Counted from the stretch's first letter, positions 7,453 through 16,825 are shown. The stretch: DNA of 48,847 nucleotides from an uncultured Piscirickettsiaceae bacterium (GCA_964344805.1 CAYFOU010000002.1:1-48847), one strand, 5' to 3'. Made by a program: numbers and translations. The notes: generated by a model not told the origin, from the sequence alone.

Positions 7453-9610
7453 TGCCCTCACAAATCAGTTGATGATGAGTCTTGCGCCGGAAGGAGCAGG
7501 GCCTGCGGAAGTAGAAGGGCATGCTCTTGAGCAATTTGTGATCGACAGCCTCGGCGGTACGCTGCAAGGGATGTTTGATGAGTGGCGGATGGCGCGGCAG
7601 CCGACTGAAGATGAGTGGCTGAAGGATCTGCGAGCTTTCAATTCGCAGTATGACCAGGCCACTCTGGACCAGATCGGGGATCGGTCAAAGATCTATGTTC
7701 CACTGACGCACACCAAAACGATGGCTGCATTCAGCCGGATCGTCGACATGCTGTTCTCATCGACAATCAAGCCGTGGTCGGTAAAAGAGACGCCTATCCC
7801 GTCCGCAATTCCCGATCCCGAGGGCCGGGCTCAGTATGAGCAGATTCAGCGTGAGTTGAGTGCCGCCATCAACAGTGGTGAGTTCCCTGCAGATCAAGAC
7901 CCCCGGGTGGTGATCGCTCAGCGGATGAAGCAGTTTCAGGAGGAATTCCGGCTGCGTCAGAAGAAGTTGGCCCGCGAAGCTGCGCGACTGATGACGGAGC
8001 AGATTGACGATCAGCTGCAGGAGATCAGCTTCGAGTCCACGGTGAAGCGTGCGCTGCAGGAGATGTGCATTATCGGCACCGGTGCCATCAAGGGAGCCAC
8101 AATGAAGGTGGCTAACACCCGGGGCTGGCAGATGAGTGACGGCAAAGAGAGCTGGGAAATTGCATTTACCCAGACCCCTCGACCGGATGCGACTGCAGTT
8201 TCCGTGTTTGACCTGTACCCAGACCCATACTCTGCAGACCTGAACCAAGTTCCGGCCATCTTCCGGAGGCACGTAATGACTCGGACGCAGTTCCGGGCAC
8301 TGTATGCGAATCCAAAGTTCAGCAAGGAGGTTATTGAGGAGCTGATTACCTCCCATCCCGGGGGTAACCATACCGATCTGCCCCATGAGATTGAGCGCCG
8401 TCGTATCGGCAACGTGCATGTCTCCGGCAACTCCGGGCGCTTTGAGGTGCTCGAATACTGGGGCAATGTTGATGGCAATGACCTGCGTCGTGCTGGTGTT
8501 GAGGTGAAAGATCCCTCGCGGGAGTACCAGGCGAATGTGTGGATCTGTGCCGGCAGGGTGATTATGGCCCGCCTGAACCCGACGCCAGAGAAGAGAATTC
8601 CATATCAGCTGGTGCCCTTTGAGCGCCTGCCGCATCAGCTTTGGGGGATCGGTCCTCCACGCATGATGCGAGGCTCTCAGGCAACGCTGAATGCCTCCGC
8701 CCGGGCGCTGCTCGATAACTTGGGTGTCACCTCCGGTCCTCAGTTTGAGGTCAACCTCGACATGCTGGCCGATGGCGAAGACCCCACGGATATTCGATCG
8801 TTCAAGGCGTGGATGCGTGAAGGTGGTGATCCAAATACACCCATGATTCGCCAGTTCCAGCCCAACAGCAATACAGGAAATCTGGTTGCGGTGATGAACA
8901 CCTTCCGTGAATACGCGGATGAGGAGACCAGTCTGCCGCGCTACATGCACGGTGAAGGTACCGGTGGCACACGTACCACTGGCGGCCTATCCATGCTGAT
9001 GGGGGCGGCCAATCTGAGCATCAAGAGCATCATCAAGAATGTTGATGATTACCTCTTCTCACCGTTGGTCCACTCATTCTACGACTGGAACATGCGCTGG
9101 AATCCGCGCCAGGATATCAAGGGAGATATGCGAATCATCGCTCAGGGCTCAACCTCTCTGGTTGCCCGTGAAGTTCAGTCTGAACGCATGCTCCAGTTTG
9201 CCAACATGACGGCATCAGAATACTTCGCATCGAAGGTCGACCATGAGGCGATCCTGAAGGAAATTGCCCGGGCCATGGAACTGCCGGCTGACCTGATCAT
9301 CAATCAGGATGGGCCAACCGAAGAAGAAGTCCTGGCCAAGAAGATGGCGCAGCGTAAGGCTGAACTTGATATCGAGCTGGATGAGGCGAAGCTGCAGAAA
9401 CTGCAGTCTGAGTCGCATAGAGCGACTGTGGACGCAGAGACCATGCCGATTGTCAGACACTCGGAAAGCCAGAAAGATCTGGCGGTAGCCCAACGTGCTG
9501 CAGCTGAAATTGCGCTGCAGCAGGATCAGGCAGTTGAGGCGCCGCCCATCCCCCAGTCGATGCAACGGGCACCTGATCGATCCGTTTCATCTCAAATGCA
9601 ATACGCCTGA
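7415..9610 (+). CDS. portal protein (731 aa; exact start uncertain)
   Basis: A large ORF directly after terL and before scaffold/MCP, with size and position typical of a portal. No SD precedes 7415; the ATGs at 7472/7475 are alternatives. Confidence 0.75.
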   Translation: MIGPQENPILGGNALTNQLMMSLAPEGAGPAEVEGHALEQFVIDSLGGTLQGMFDEWRMARQPTEDEWLKDLRAFNSQYDQATLDQIGDRSKIYVPLTHTKTMAAFSRIVDMLFSSTIKPWSVKETPIPSAIPDPEGRAQYEQIQRELSAAINSGEFPADQDPRVVIAQRMKQFQEEFRLRQKKLAREAARLMTEQIDDQLQEISFESTVKRALQEMCIIGTGAIKGATMKVANTRGWQMSDGKESWEIAFTQTPRPDATAVSVFDLYPDPYSADLNQVPAIFRRHVMTRTQFRALYANPKFSKEVIEELITSHPGGNHTDLPHEIERRRIGNVHVSGNSGRFEVLEYWGNVDGNDLRRAGVEVKDPSREYQANVWICAGRVIMARLNPTPEKRIPYQLVPFERLPHQLWGIGPPRMMRGSQATLNASARALLDNLGVTSGPQFEVNLDMLADGEDPTDIRSFKAWMREGGDPNTPMIRQFQPNSNTGNLVAVMNTFREYADEETSLPRYMHGEGTGGTRTTGGLSMLMGAANLSIKSIIKNVDDYLFSPLVHSFYDWNMRWNPRQDIKGDMRIIAQGSTSLVAREVQSERMLQFANMTASEYFASKVDHEAILKEIARAMELPADLIINQDGPTEEEVLAKKMAQRKAELDIELDEAKLQKLQSESHRATVDAETMPIVRHSESQKDLAVAQRAAAEIALQQDQAVEAPPIPQSMQRAPDRSVSSQMQYA

Positions 9611-9852
9611 TGAAATTGAATGAAGCACAAGCCGAGGCCATTTTATGGCTGAGCAGTGGTGGCAATGCCGCAGCATGGAAGGTGATCGAGGATATGTTCG
9701 ACAAATCTCTGGAATCTGCCAGAGATGATCTGGAGAAGAACAGTGATCCACATTTTCTGCACAAGAGACAGGGGGCAGCAGAAGCCTATCGAGGCATGAA
9801 GGATCTCCGGGAGAGAGCGGAGAAGCTTTTAGTGAACAAACAACGTCCCTGA
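9610..9852 (+). CDS. hypothetical protein (80 aa)
   Basis: Its ATG overlaps the portal TGA (TGATG) and a terminator follows. Confidence 0.5.
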   Translation: MKLNEAQAEAILWLSSGGNAAAWKVIEDMFDKSLESARDDLEKNSDPHFLHKRQGAAEAYRGMKDLRERAEKLLVNKQRP

Positions 9853-9893
9853 TTCCAACAGGGGACAACGAATTGCGGCTGATGCCGCATACG

Positions 9894-9930
9894 AGCCGGA
9901 ACAGCCCGTGAGGGTCTCCGGCTTTTTTTA
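9894..9930 (+). terminator. rho-independent terminator
   Basis: Stem AGCCGGA (9894-9900) pairs with TCCGGCT (9917-9923), followed by a T7 run. Confidence 0.75.
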
Positions 9931-10013
9931 TGGATGAAGGAGAGGCGGCGGGTTCCGTTTTACGGGTAGACCAGGTGACAAGCTCCCGACATCCCTTTTG
10001 TGTTGGAGAAAAC

Positions 10014-11057
10014 ATGAGTCACGAAGATGATCTGGTAGCACGCCTCGACGCGGATGCGGAGAAGGCGTTATTGGATGCTGCTGGGGCAAATGACGCCGGA
10101 GAGCAGGCGGATGTTGCTGAGCAGCAAAATGATGAGCCACAACAAGGTTCGCAACAGCAGGAACCACAGGAAGCAACGGTCTCCCCAGAGGAACAGCCGG
10201 TAGTAACTGAGCCTCCTGCTGAACAAGCGAGTAGCCAGGATACAGGGCCATCAGTGGATGGACTAACACTTGAGAATGCTCAAGAGCGACTGAGAAATGC
10301 TGAAGCTGCGGTTCGCGGTGCACAGCGGAAGATGACCGAGGCGACCCAAGAGGCCAGCAAACTCCGAAAGGAGAATGATGAGCTGAAGGTGCTGTTGAAG
10401 GATACCCGTGAAGCGGCCAATGGGCTGCGTGAGCAGGTAGAGCAAATTCGGGCAGGAGCTGCACAGCAGCAAGAGCCGCAGAAACCTGATATCAGCAATG
10501 TTGTTGAGGACTATGGAGAAGGGCTTGCACCTCTGGTGGAAGGCGTTACCCAGACTCGGGACGCAGTTGAGAAGACACAGCTGGAAAACAGGGAATTACG
10601 CAACGATCTCGACGAGATTCGCAAGCGTCAAGAGGCTCGCGAGGCCGAGGATGCGAAAGCGATCTGGAAGCGAGAGATCCTTGAGAAACACCCCGATGCG
10701 TTCCAGCTATCCGAGACCATGGACTTTCAGGGCTGGCTTTCGCGCCAGACTGATCTGATCCAGGGCATTTTCAAAAGTGGCGGTTCAGCCGATGTGACCA
10801 TGATGTTCGACCTCTACAAGCGAGATGTTGGAGTGCAGACACAGCAATCCCAACAGCAGCAACAGGAGGATCAGCGACTGAATGAGGCACTCGAATCCGC
10901 AGAACCGAACGTGGAGTCAGTGCAAGTCGATCCAAGTGCGGATACTTCGCCGTCATTTACCACCAAGCAACTCGGACAGCTCAACCAGAGCTATGACGAA
11001 TGGGTGAAAAACGAGGCTGCGATCGATGCAGCCATGGCAGCGGGGAACGTCCGTTAA
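10014..11057 (+). CDS. scaffolding protein (347 aa), acidic Q/E-rich coiled coil
   Basis: It lies between portal and MCP and has low-complexity acidic/Gln-rich helical sequence. GGAGA lies 6 nt upstream of ATG 10014; the ORF-track start 9930 lies within the terminator. Confidence 0.65.
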   Translation: MSHEDDLVARLDADAEKALLDAAGANDAGEQADVAEQQNDEPQQGSQQQEPQEATVSPEEQPVVTEPPAEQASSQDTGPSVDGLTLENAQERLRNAEAAVRGAQRKMTEATQEASKLRKENDELKVLLKDTREAANGLREQVEQIRAGAAQQQEPQKPDISNVVEDYGEGLAPLVEGVTQTRDAVEKTQLENRELRNDLDEIRKRQEAREAEDAKAIWKREILEKHPDAFQLSETMDFQGWLSRQTDLIQGIFKSGGSADVTMMFDLYKRDVGVQTQQSQQQQQEDQRLNEALESAEPNVESVQVDPSADTSPSFTTKQLGQLNQSYDEWVKNEAAIDAAMAAGNVR

Positions 11058-11095
11058 TCCACTGATATTCAGTAGCTGATCCATAAAGAAATCAG

Positions 11096-11123
11096 ACCGC
11101 CAACAGGCGGTTTTTTTGTTTTT
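11096..11123 (+). terminator. rho-independent terminator
   Basis: ACCGCC-AACA-GGCGGT hairpin followed by TTTTTTTGTTTTT. Confidence 0.8.
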
Positions 11124-11136
11124 GGAGTAAGCAAAA

Positions 11137-12075
11137 ATGGCTACTACTTTCTACAGTAATCAGAACCTGGCATCGGCCTCTCCGGCCAACTTCGTGCCAG
11201 AGTATTGGTCTGGCAAGATGTTGGCTCGTTTCTACGAGTCCACTATCCTGCCTTCACTGGTGAACACAGACTACGAAGGCGAGATTAAAGCCTCCGGCTC
11301 AACAGTCCGTATTCGCCGCCCCCCAGTTGTGGTCGTGAAGGACTACAAGCCTTCCGGTACCCCCGGATATGATCCGGTCGCCGATGGCATCACCTATGAC
11401 GAACTCTCGGCAGAGGAGATCGTCATGGAGATCAACCAGGCGAAGATGTATGCGTTCAAGGTTGATGATGTGTTGGCTGCACAGGCAGACATCAAGATCG
11501 TGAGCGAAGCCATGAAGGATGCCGCTCAGAACATGAAGATCGTGGTCGAGCGTGAGACATTCGAGTACATGTACACCGGTGTCGATGCGGCGAATCAGGT
11601 CGGTTCTGATGTGGCTCCTGAAGTTGTGGGTGCCAACAACATCATGGAATACGTTCTGGAACTGGGGCAGCGCCTTGATGAGGCCAACATCCCTGAAGAG
11701 GGTCGTTATCTGGTCATTCCACCATGGATGGCGAGTCGTGCGAAGAACTCTGATCTGCGCCAGGTCAGCGTAACCGGTGATAACAAGTCGCCTCTGCGCA
11801 ATGGCGTGGTCGGCCAGCTGGATCGCTTCACCATCTATCAGTCCAACCTGTTGCCACAGGTTTCTGACGGTGCGGGCGGTTTCTCCACTGCTGTCATTGG
11901 TGGTACGAAGGCGTTCTGCTCCTTCGCTACCCAGATCGTGAAGACCGAGGACGTTCGTCTTGAGAAGCAGTTCGGCGACGGTGTTCGTGGTCTGCAGGTC
12001 TATGGCCGCAAGGTGGTACAGCCGAAGGCTGGTCTGGTGCTGTTCGCCAAGCCTGGTCAGATGAACCCTAACTAA
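11137..12075 (+). CDS. major capsid protein (312 aa), P22-coat-like N-terminal signature
   Basis: It follows the scaffold gene. The N-terminal pattern ..PEYWSGKMLARFYESTILPSLVNTDYEGEIKASGSTVRIRRP resembles P22-type coat proteins. It has a strong leader (TTGGAGTAAGCAAA) and is bracketed by terminators. Confidence 0.8.
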   Translation: MATTFYSNQNLASASPANFVPEYWSGKMLARFYESTILPSLVNTDYEGEIKASGSTVRIRRPPVVVVKDYKPSGTPGYDPVADGITYDELSAEEIVMEINQAKMYAFKVDDVLAAQADIKIVSEAMKDAAQNMKIVVERETFEYMYTGVDAANQVGSDVAPEVVGANNIMEYVLELGQRLDEANIPEEGRYLVIPPWMASRAKNSDLRQVSVTGDNKSPLRNGVVGQLDRFTIYQSNLLPQVSDGAGGFSTAVIGGTKAFCSFATQIVKTEDVRLEKQFGDGVRGLQVYGRKVVQPKAGLVLFAKPGQMNPN

Positions 12076-12086
12076 TGGGTGTGATG

Positions 12087-12119
12087 AACCCCCGTTCCAG
12101 AGATGGAGCGGGGGTTTTT
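12087..12119 (+). terminator. rho-independent terminator
   Basis: Stem of about 10 bp (CCCCCGTTCC pairing with GGAGCGGGGG), followed by TTTTT. Confidence 0.8.
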
Positions 12120-12143
12120 CTATGAATGAATGGAGAGAAAACG

Positions 12144-12536
12144 ATGAGTGAAACAATCACCAACCCCATGGAGATGGATAAGGATCAGCTTGCTGAGTAC
12201 GCGAAAGAGCAGCATGGCGTGACCTTTACCGCTCAAGAGATGCGTATGGGCATCGACAAGCTGCGCAAGCGTGTTGCAGAGATGGACAGCAAGAAGGCTG
12301 AACAAGAACCTCCTGTTGAGGATGAGGCTGCGGAACCGATGCCTGATTCTGAGCCTGCAGAGGTCGAGGTGACTTCAAGTGATGAGGTAACTGATGAAGT
12401 TGTTGTAGAGAAAGCATTGCCACTAGGCCGCTATGTTCAAAATCCTGTTACTGGAGCGATCTTCAGTGCGACAGGCAAGATGGCCCGAGAGCATCCTGAC
12501 TGGCCGGCCTGCGATGAGAATGGAAAGAGCCTGTAA
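12144..12536 (+). CDS. acidic head-associated hypothetical protein (130 aa) with C-terminal NPVTG..MAREHPDW motif
   Basis: GGAGAG lies 7 nt upstream of ATG 12144. The middle of the protein is very acidic. The C-terminal 30 aa are shared with the 1325-aa protein. Confidence 0.55.
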   Translation: MSETITNPMEMDKDQLAEYAKEQHGVTFTAQEMRMGIDKLRKRVAEMDSKKAEQEPPVEDEAAEPMPDSEPAEVEVTSSDEVTDEVVVEKALPLGRYVQNPVTGAIFSATGKMAREHPDWPACDENGKSL

Positions 12537-13168
12537 TGGCCTTTTTCAAGGATCTTCTGGATGGAGTGCTTCCTGAAGTAACAGGATGCCCGAAATCCGT
12601 TGCGATCAAGGAGATCAGAAACAGTGCAATCGAGCTTTGTCGACATGCACCAATCTGGACTGACCTGATCGATGGGATTGAGACAGACGCAGATGATGCA
12701 CAGGTAGAGCTTGATGCTCTGATCCCGACCGACTCGTCCATTCACAAGGTCCTTTCTCTTACCAATGGTGGAAGGGAGATGACTCCAGAAGTTGTCTCCT
12801 CATTCCATCGATTTGATTCCAGATATTCAGTACCTGGTCGGCCACGGGTCTATGTCTCCCCAGCACCCAATCTCGTAGTGGTGTCGCCGATACCTGATGG
12901 AGTCTATGAGTTGAAGGCGGCGGTATCCCTTACGCCAACAGGCGCAGCAGAAGTGGTTGATGACGATGTATTCAGTGTGTGGGGGCAGACCATGGTGAAT
13001 GGAGCCCTTCACAGACTGATGCGATACACCTCAACCCCATGGGGAAACCCAGATCTATCTGCTTATTACGGGCAACTGTTCCAGGCTGACAAGAGCCGGG
13101 CTCGCCGTGAAAGCGTGACCACCCACAGTGCCATGAGCCGGACGATCAAGCCGGTGTCATTTATTTAG
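12536..13168 (+). CDS. virion structural protein, head-completion/adaptor-like (210 aa)
   Basis: TAATG overlap with the previous gene and a position in the head-tail joining block. Function is inferred from position only. Confidence 0.5.
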   Translation: MAFFKDLLDGVLPEVTGCPKSVAIKEIRNSAIELCRHAPIWTDLIDGIETDADDAQVELDALIPTDSSIHKVLSLTNGGREMTPEVVSSFHRFDSRYSVPGRPRVYVSPAPNLVVVSPIPDGVYELKAAVSLTPTGAAEVVDDDVFSVWGQTMVNGALHRLMRYTSTPWGNPDLSAYYGQLFQADKSRARRESVTTHSAMSRTIKPVSFI

Positions 13169-13178
13169 GAGAGCGAAG

Positions 13179-13892
13179 ATGGCTACAGTTTTGGCCGATC
13201 ACATTCTGGATCGTGCAGCAACGATCCTCCAGGACACCACCGGTACGCGATGGCCGAAGGATGAGCTATTGGGCTGGTTGAATGATGGGCAGCGAGAAGT
13301 TGTTCTTCATCGTCCGGATACCGGTGCAATTAATGCGGCTATCCCCATTACTGCCGCCAAGAGCAAGCAGACACTGCCTGCGGCAGCATTGAAGCTGATT
13401 AATATCACTCGGAATGTGACAGCGACTGATCCTGATACGATCACAGCATCGGGAGGGGCAATCCGCAGGATTGAGCGCCGCGTGCTGGATGATCAGGTTC
13501 CTGATTGGCACTCAATGACTGATAGCAAGGTTGCACATTTTGTCTATGACGAGCGTGATCCCAAGACTTTCTATGTATACCCGCAGCTGAGTGCTGATGG
13601 ATATGTTGAAGGGGTCTACTCATCAGCCCCTGCAGATGTAACAACGCCGGACTCTGAGGTTATCTCGCTGGATGACATCTATGCAAATGCAATTCTGGAT
13701 TATGTGTTGTTCAGAGCCTATTCGAAGGATGCGGATTATGCGGCTAATTCCCAGCGTGCGGTAGGGCACTACCAGTCATTCATGGGTAGCCTGGGTGTGA
13801 GCATTCAGAGTGATCTGCAAGTCGCAGTTCAGGGGACAACCAATGATGGTACACCTGGCAATGCAGTTGTGCCAAAGCCTCCGCGAGCGTAA
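13179..13892 (+). CDS. structural protein, paralogue A1 (237 aa)
   Basis: AGGAGA RBS. It shares W-KDELLGWLNDGQ.., DERDPK-FYVYP and LDD-Y-N-ILDY-L-RAYSKDADYA-N with the next gene. Confidence 0.6.
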   Translation: MATVLADHILDRAATILQDTTGTRWPKDELLGWLNDGQREVVLHRPDTGAINAAIPITAAKSKQTLPAAALKLINITRNVTATDPDTITASGGAIRRIERRVLDDQVPDWHSMTDSKVAHFVYDERDPKTFYVYPQLSADGYVEGVYSSAPADVTTPDSEVISLDDIYANAILDYVLFRAYSKDADYAANSQRAVGHYQSFMGSLGVSIQSDLQVAVQGTTNDGTPGNAVVPKPPRA

Positions 13893-13910
13893 CAGAGGGG
13901 TGAGGCAGAG

Positions 13911-14573
13911 ATGGCTACAACGAAGGTTGTCGACCTGATTGCGAGGGCTGGAGAGCTGTTGCATGACCCTACATATATTAAATGGACCAAAAGTGAACTG
14001 CTGTCTTGGTTGAATGCTGCACAGAAAGCCATTGTGCTGCAAAAACCAGACACTTATGTCGTGAATGAGGAGTTCACTTGTGTTTCTGGAGAGACAAAAC
14101 AGACCTTGCCATCCAATGGACTTCGGCTGCTTGAGGTTGTGCGGAACCTGACAGATGGCTCGACCGGTGAGGCGATTTCAATCGTGTCTCGTAGTGTGAT
14201 GGATACCACAGTGCCAAATTGGCACTCATCAGCGGCAACCATCAATCTTGAGAACTATATCTTCGATGAGCGCGATCCCAAGCACTTCTACGTGTATCCG
14301 GTCCCAGATGTCGATGTGGTCATTGAAATTATCTACTCAAAAGCACCGGATCTAATCAGCGTAACCAATTATGAAACGGACACTCAGGTTATCGCGCTGG
14401 ATGATGTGTATGAGAACGTGATTCTCGACTACATCCTCTACCGGGCCTATTCAAAGGACGCTGATTATGCCTCCAACGGGCGGAAGGCAATCAGCCACTA
14501 CAACGATTTTGCCAATGCAATTGGCCTCAAGATGAAGGCGGACATTGTTTCCAGTCCGAATGCTCAGCCATGA
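13911..14573 (+). CDS. structural protein, paralogue A2 (220 aa)
   Basis: It matches 13179-13892 along its whole length (WTKSELLSWLNAAQ.., DERDPKHFYVYP, LDDVYENVILDYILYRAYSKDADYASN). Confidence 0.6.
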   Translation: MATTKVVDLIARAGELLHDPTYIKWTKSELLSWLNAAQKAIVLQKPDTYVVNEEFTCVSGETKQTLPSNGLRLLEVVRNLTDGSTGEAISIVSRSVMDTTVPNWHSSAATINLENYIFDERDPKHFYVYPVPDVDVVIEIIYSKAPDLISVTNYETDTQVIALDDVYENVILDYILYRAYSKDADYASNGRKAISHYNDFANAIGLKMKADIVSSPNAQP

Positions 14574-14917
14574 AAAGAGATGTGCTTGAAATCGTCCAGG
14601 GGGACAGCAGATTCCCATTGGAGGTTCAGCTGTGGGAGCGGACAGATACTCCTGAAGAGGACCGTCCCATTGATCTGTCTGATGCGAGAAAGATTTTGCT
14701 GCATCTCTTTTTCAAAGGGGAGCCAATCCACACCTTTGAGATGTCGATCTACACCAACCCCAAAAATGGCACCGTAATGAATGAATTCTGGGGGGATGTC
14801 TGGAGAGAAAAAGGTTCCTATCGAGCAGATGTAGAGATCCAGTACCTGGACGGTGGTGGCTCCAAAACAATGCAGAACCAGATCTTTTTCAAGGTCCGGG
14901 AGAAGGGTGGGAAGTGA
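14570..14917 (+). CDS. small beta-sandwich (Ig/BppU-N-like) structural protein (115 aa)
   Basis: ATGA overlap with the previous gene. The pattern ..IVQGDSRFPLEVQLW....PIDLSDA..ILL resembles the N-terminal Ig-like domains of phage baseplate/fibre proteins. ORF 18022 shows a similar pattern. Confidence 0.5.
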   Translation: MKRDVLEIVQGDSRFPLEVQLWERTDTPEEDRPIDLSDARKILLHLFFKGEPIHTFEMSIYTNPKNGTVMNEFWGDVWREKGSYRADVEIQYLDGGGSKTMQNQIFFKVREKGGK

Positions 14918-15072
14918 GTAGGTTTCGGCACAAACAGAACTACCAATTCCGCTTGGTGGTGAAGAAAAAGCGATTTGAGTTGACTGCTCGTATACGCCCC
15001 AAAAAACCTTCTGACTACAAGACAAGCCGACTGGGTGAGGAGCTGATCGGCAACTTCAGGATAGGGGAATAG
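14914..15072 (+). CDS. possible 52-aa basic peptide
   Basis: Found by hand translation. A GTGA overlap joins it to the previous stop, and it ends 3 nt before the next GTG start, filling an otherwise unexplained 158-nt gap. Confidence 0.3.
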   Translation: MSRFRHKQNYQFRLVVKKKRFELTARIRPKKPSDYKTSRLGEELIGNFRIGE

Positions 15073-15075
15073 CTG

Positions 15076-15615
15076 GTGTCTGTTCAATTTAGCAATGATG
15101 CCTACGGGATCGTAGTGGCGCCGATCGGGGTTGATGACACCATAATCGAAATAGACCCGGACTTCTGGGACATGTTCCCAGACCTGACTGGTGAGTATTA
15201 CTGCTACCTCTCGATAGTGCCATCGGGTGAGCAGAAAACAGCCGAGATCGTGAAGGCAACCGACTTCACAGATGGTGTTTTCACTGTTGAACGAGGGGTG
15301 GATGGAACTACGGCCAAATCCCACAAACGTGGCTGTCGGGTCGGCATGAGGTTGGTCAGTGCTGCGTTATATGCGCTCAAGGATGATCTCGCAAACCAAG
15401 CGCTACGCAGCAATACCAGGTTGGTGGATACGCTTAATGAGCAGCTTGCTCATTACTCAGAAATTCTGACTGCAGAACTCCCTGTGCGTAATGAAGAAGA
15501 TGAGATCAATGAGGACACGCTGAACAAACAGGCGCGATTCCTCGATCAGAAGGTGGCTGCAATTGCCAGCGCCCTTTCCGTGTTTGCAACCCAGACATCA
15601 GCACGGCAGCAATAA
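15076..15615 (+). CDS. short fibre/adaptor protein (179 aa) with conserved phage-fibre N-terminal domain
   Basis: GTG start with an AGGGGA RBS. The N-terminus (F-NDA..I..D-T-I-I..P-L-G-Y-Y..AE-V....TV-RG-DGT-A) aligns with the N-terminus of ORF 23381. The C-terminus is coiled coil. Confidence 0.55.
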   Translation: MSVQFSNDAYGIVVAPIGVDDTIIEIDPDFWDMFPDLTGEYYCYLSIVPSGEQKTAEIVKATDFTDGVFTVERGVDGTTAKSHKRGCRVGMRLVSAALYALKDDLANQALRSNTRLVDTLNEQLAHYSEILTAELPVRNEEDEINEDTLNKQARFLDQKVAAIASALSVFATQTSARQQ

Positions 15616-15744
15616 CGAGTAATGGTGGATGGCGTTGGGTTGCGTTAAGGGGTTGGTGCTCCTGATGCCGTCTACCACCCATTTCCGATGAGGTTGCCCT
15701 CTGTGATTGAGATTCGATTGCAGAGGCCAACCCCAATCAAGTCG

Positions 15745-15765
15745 CCCCGCAAGGGGTTTTTTTTT
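15745..15765 (+). terminator. rho-independent terminator (CCCC-GCAA-GGGG plus T9)
   Basis: Short GC stem with a GCAA loop followed by nine T. A longer imperfect hairpin at about 15690-15733 precedes it. Confidence 0.65.
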
Positions 15766-15791
15766 GCTCCAAATATTTAGGAGAACTATTA

Positions 15792-16736
15792 ATGGCGACA
15801 CAAGCTGAAATCGAGACCCCCGTAGTGGTCTCACTGGACCAGGTTGCAAACGTTGATGCGGCTGCGATCTCTTCACCAAAACCCACTGACGTTGCTGCTG
15901 TAGCTGCAGAGAGCAAGTCTACTCCACAATCTGTTACCGCACCTGCGGCTCCAACCTACCAGACCATCTCTACTGCAGAAGTGGTTACTGATGAGGTGCT
16001 CAACCGAAATGCAGAAACGCTGGCTGCGAGCGTCAACCAGATTCTCAGTGATTGGTCTACCGTTCTGAACGGCATCATCTCAGATGTGGGTTCTGATGCC
16101 GGTGCTCAGGTTATTGAGTTCAACAACAAGATTGAGCTGATGCGTGCTGGCATCAATTCTGCTCTGGCGGATGTGCGCAATGCAAACGTCACTCAGAACG
16201 CAGATATTGCTGCGGCTGTAAACGCTCGAATGGGCGTGGTTGCCGGCAATATGAACAAGCTTCTGGTTGCTCTGGAAGAGATCGACGGCAAGGTTGTTGC
16301 TCTGGATAGCGTTTATGGCACTGATCAGGATATTGCTGCGAAGGTCGCCAATATCAATGCTCAGCTGGAGTCCATGAATGCTGCTGATCTGGATATCGCC
16401 GGTCTGCTGACCAACACCGCCGCTGAGCTGGATGCTGTACTGCGAATCCAGCGCAAGGAGGTCACTGTGGCAGCTGGTACCGGTACCTATGCGTTCAATC
16501 TGGACAGTGAGGGCATCGGTGCATTTGCTGCGGTTGCCGACTACAGCTGTTCAATCGAAGTGGTTGGTAACCCCCAGGTTGCCGGCACCATCATGCACAA
16601 GACCGCAACCGGCTTCGAGATTGTTCTGAAATCTCAGGGCGTTCACTTTGTCCCACAGCCATGGGATGCAGCAACCGTTCCTGTCGCCGTTGAGGTGACT
16701 GTCGCGCATGCGCCGCGTACACAGGTGTCCGTTTGA
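15792..16736 (+). CDS. fibre/decoration-like structural protein, paralogue F1 (314 aa)
   Basis: Strong AGGAGA RBS. It has an Ala/Thr-rich N-terminus, a helical middle and a C-terminal beta region (..HFVPQPWDAATVPVAVEVTVAHAPRT) shared with ORF 16919. Terminators flank it on both sides. Confidence 0.6.
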   Translation: MATQAEIETPVVVSLDQVANVDAAAISSPKPTDVAAVAAESKSTPQSVTAPAAPTYQTISTAEVVTDEVLNRNAETLAASVNQILSDWSTVLNGIISDVGSDAGAQVIEFNNKIELMRAGINSALADVRNANVTQNADIAAAVNARMGVVAGNMNKLLVALEEIDGKVVALDSVYGTDQDIAAKVANINAQLESMNAADLDIAGLLTNTAAELDAVLRIQRKEVTVAAGTGTYAFNLDSEGIGAFAAVADYSCSIEVVGNPQVAGTIMHKTATGFEIVLKSQGVHFVPQPWDAATVPVAVEVTVAHAPRTQVSV

Positions 16737-16825
16737 CCCGGGCAATGGGAGCGGTGAATCCACAATAGGCAGCAATACCATTGGTAGCAACACCATGGGC
16801 TGATGTCTTGAGTGGGATCAGAAAG

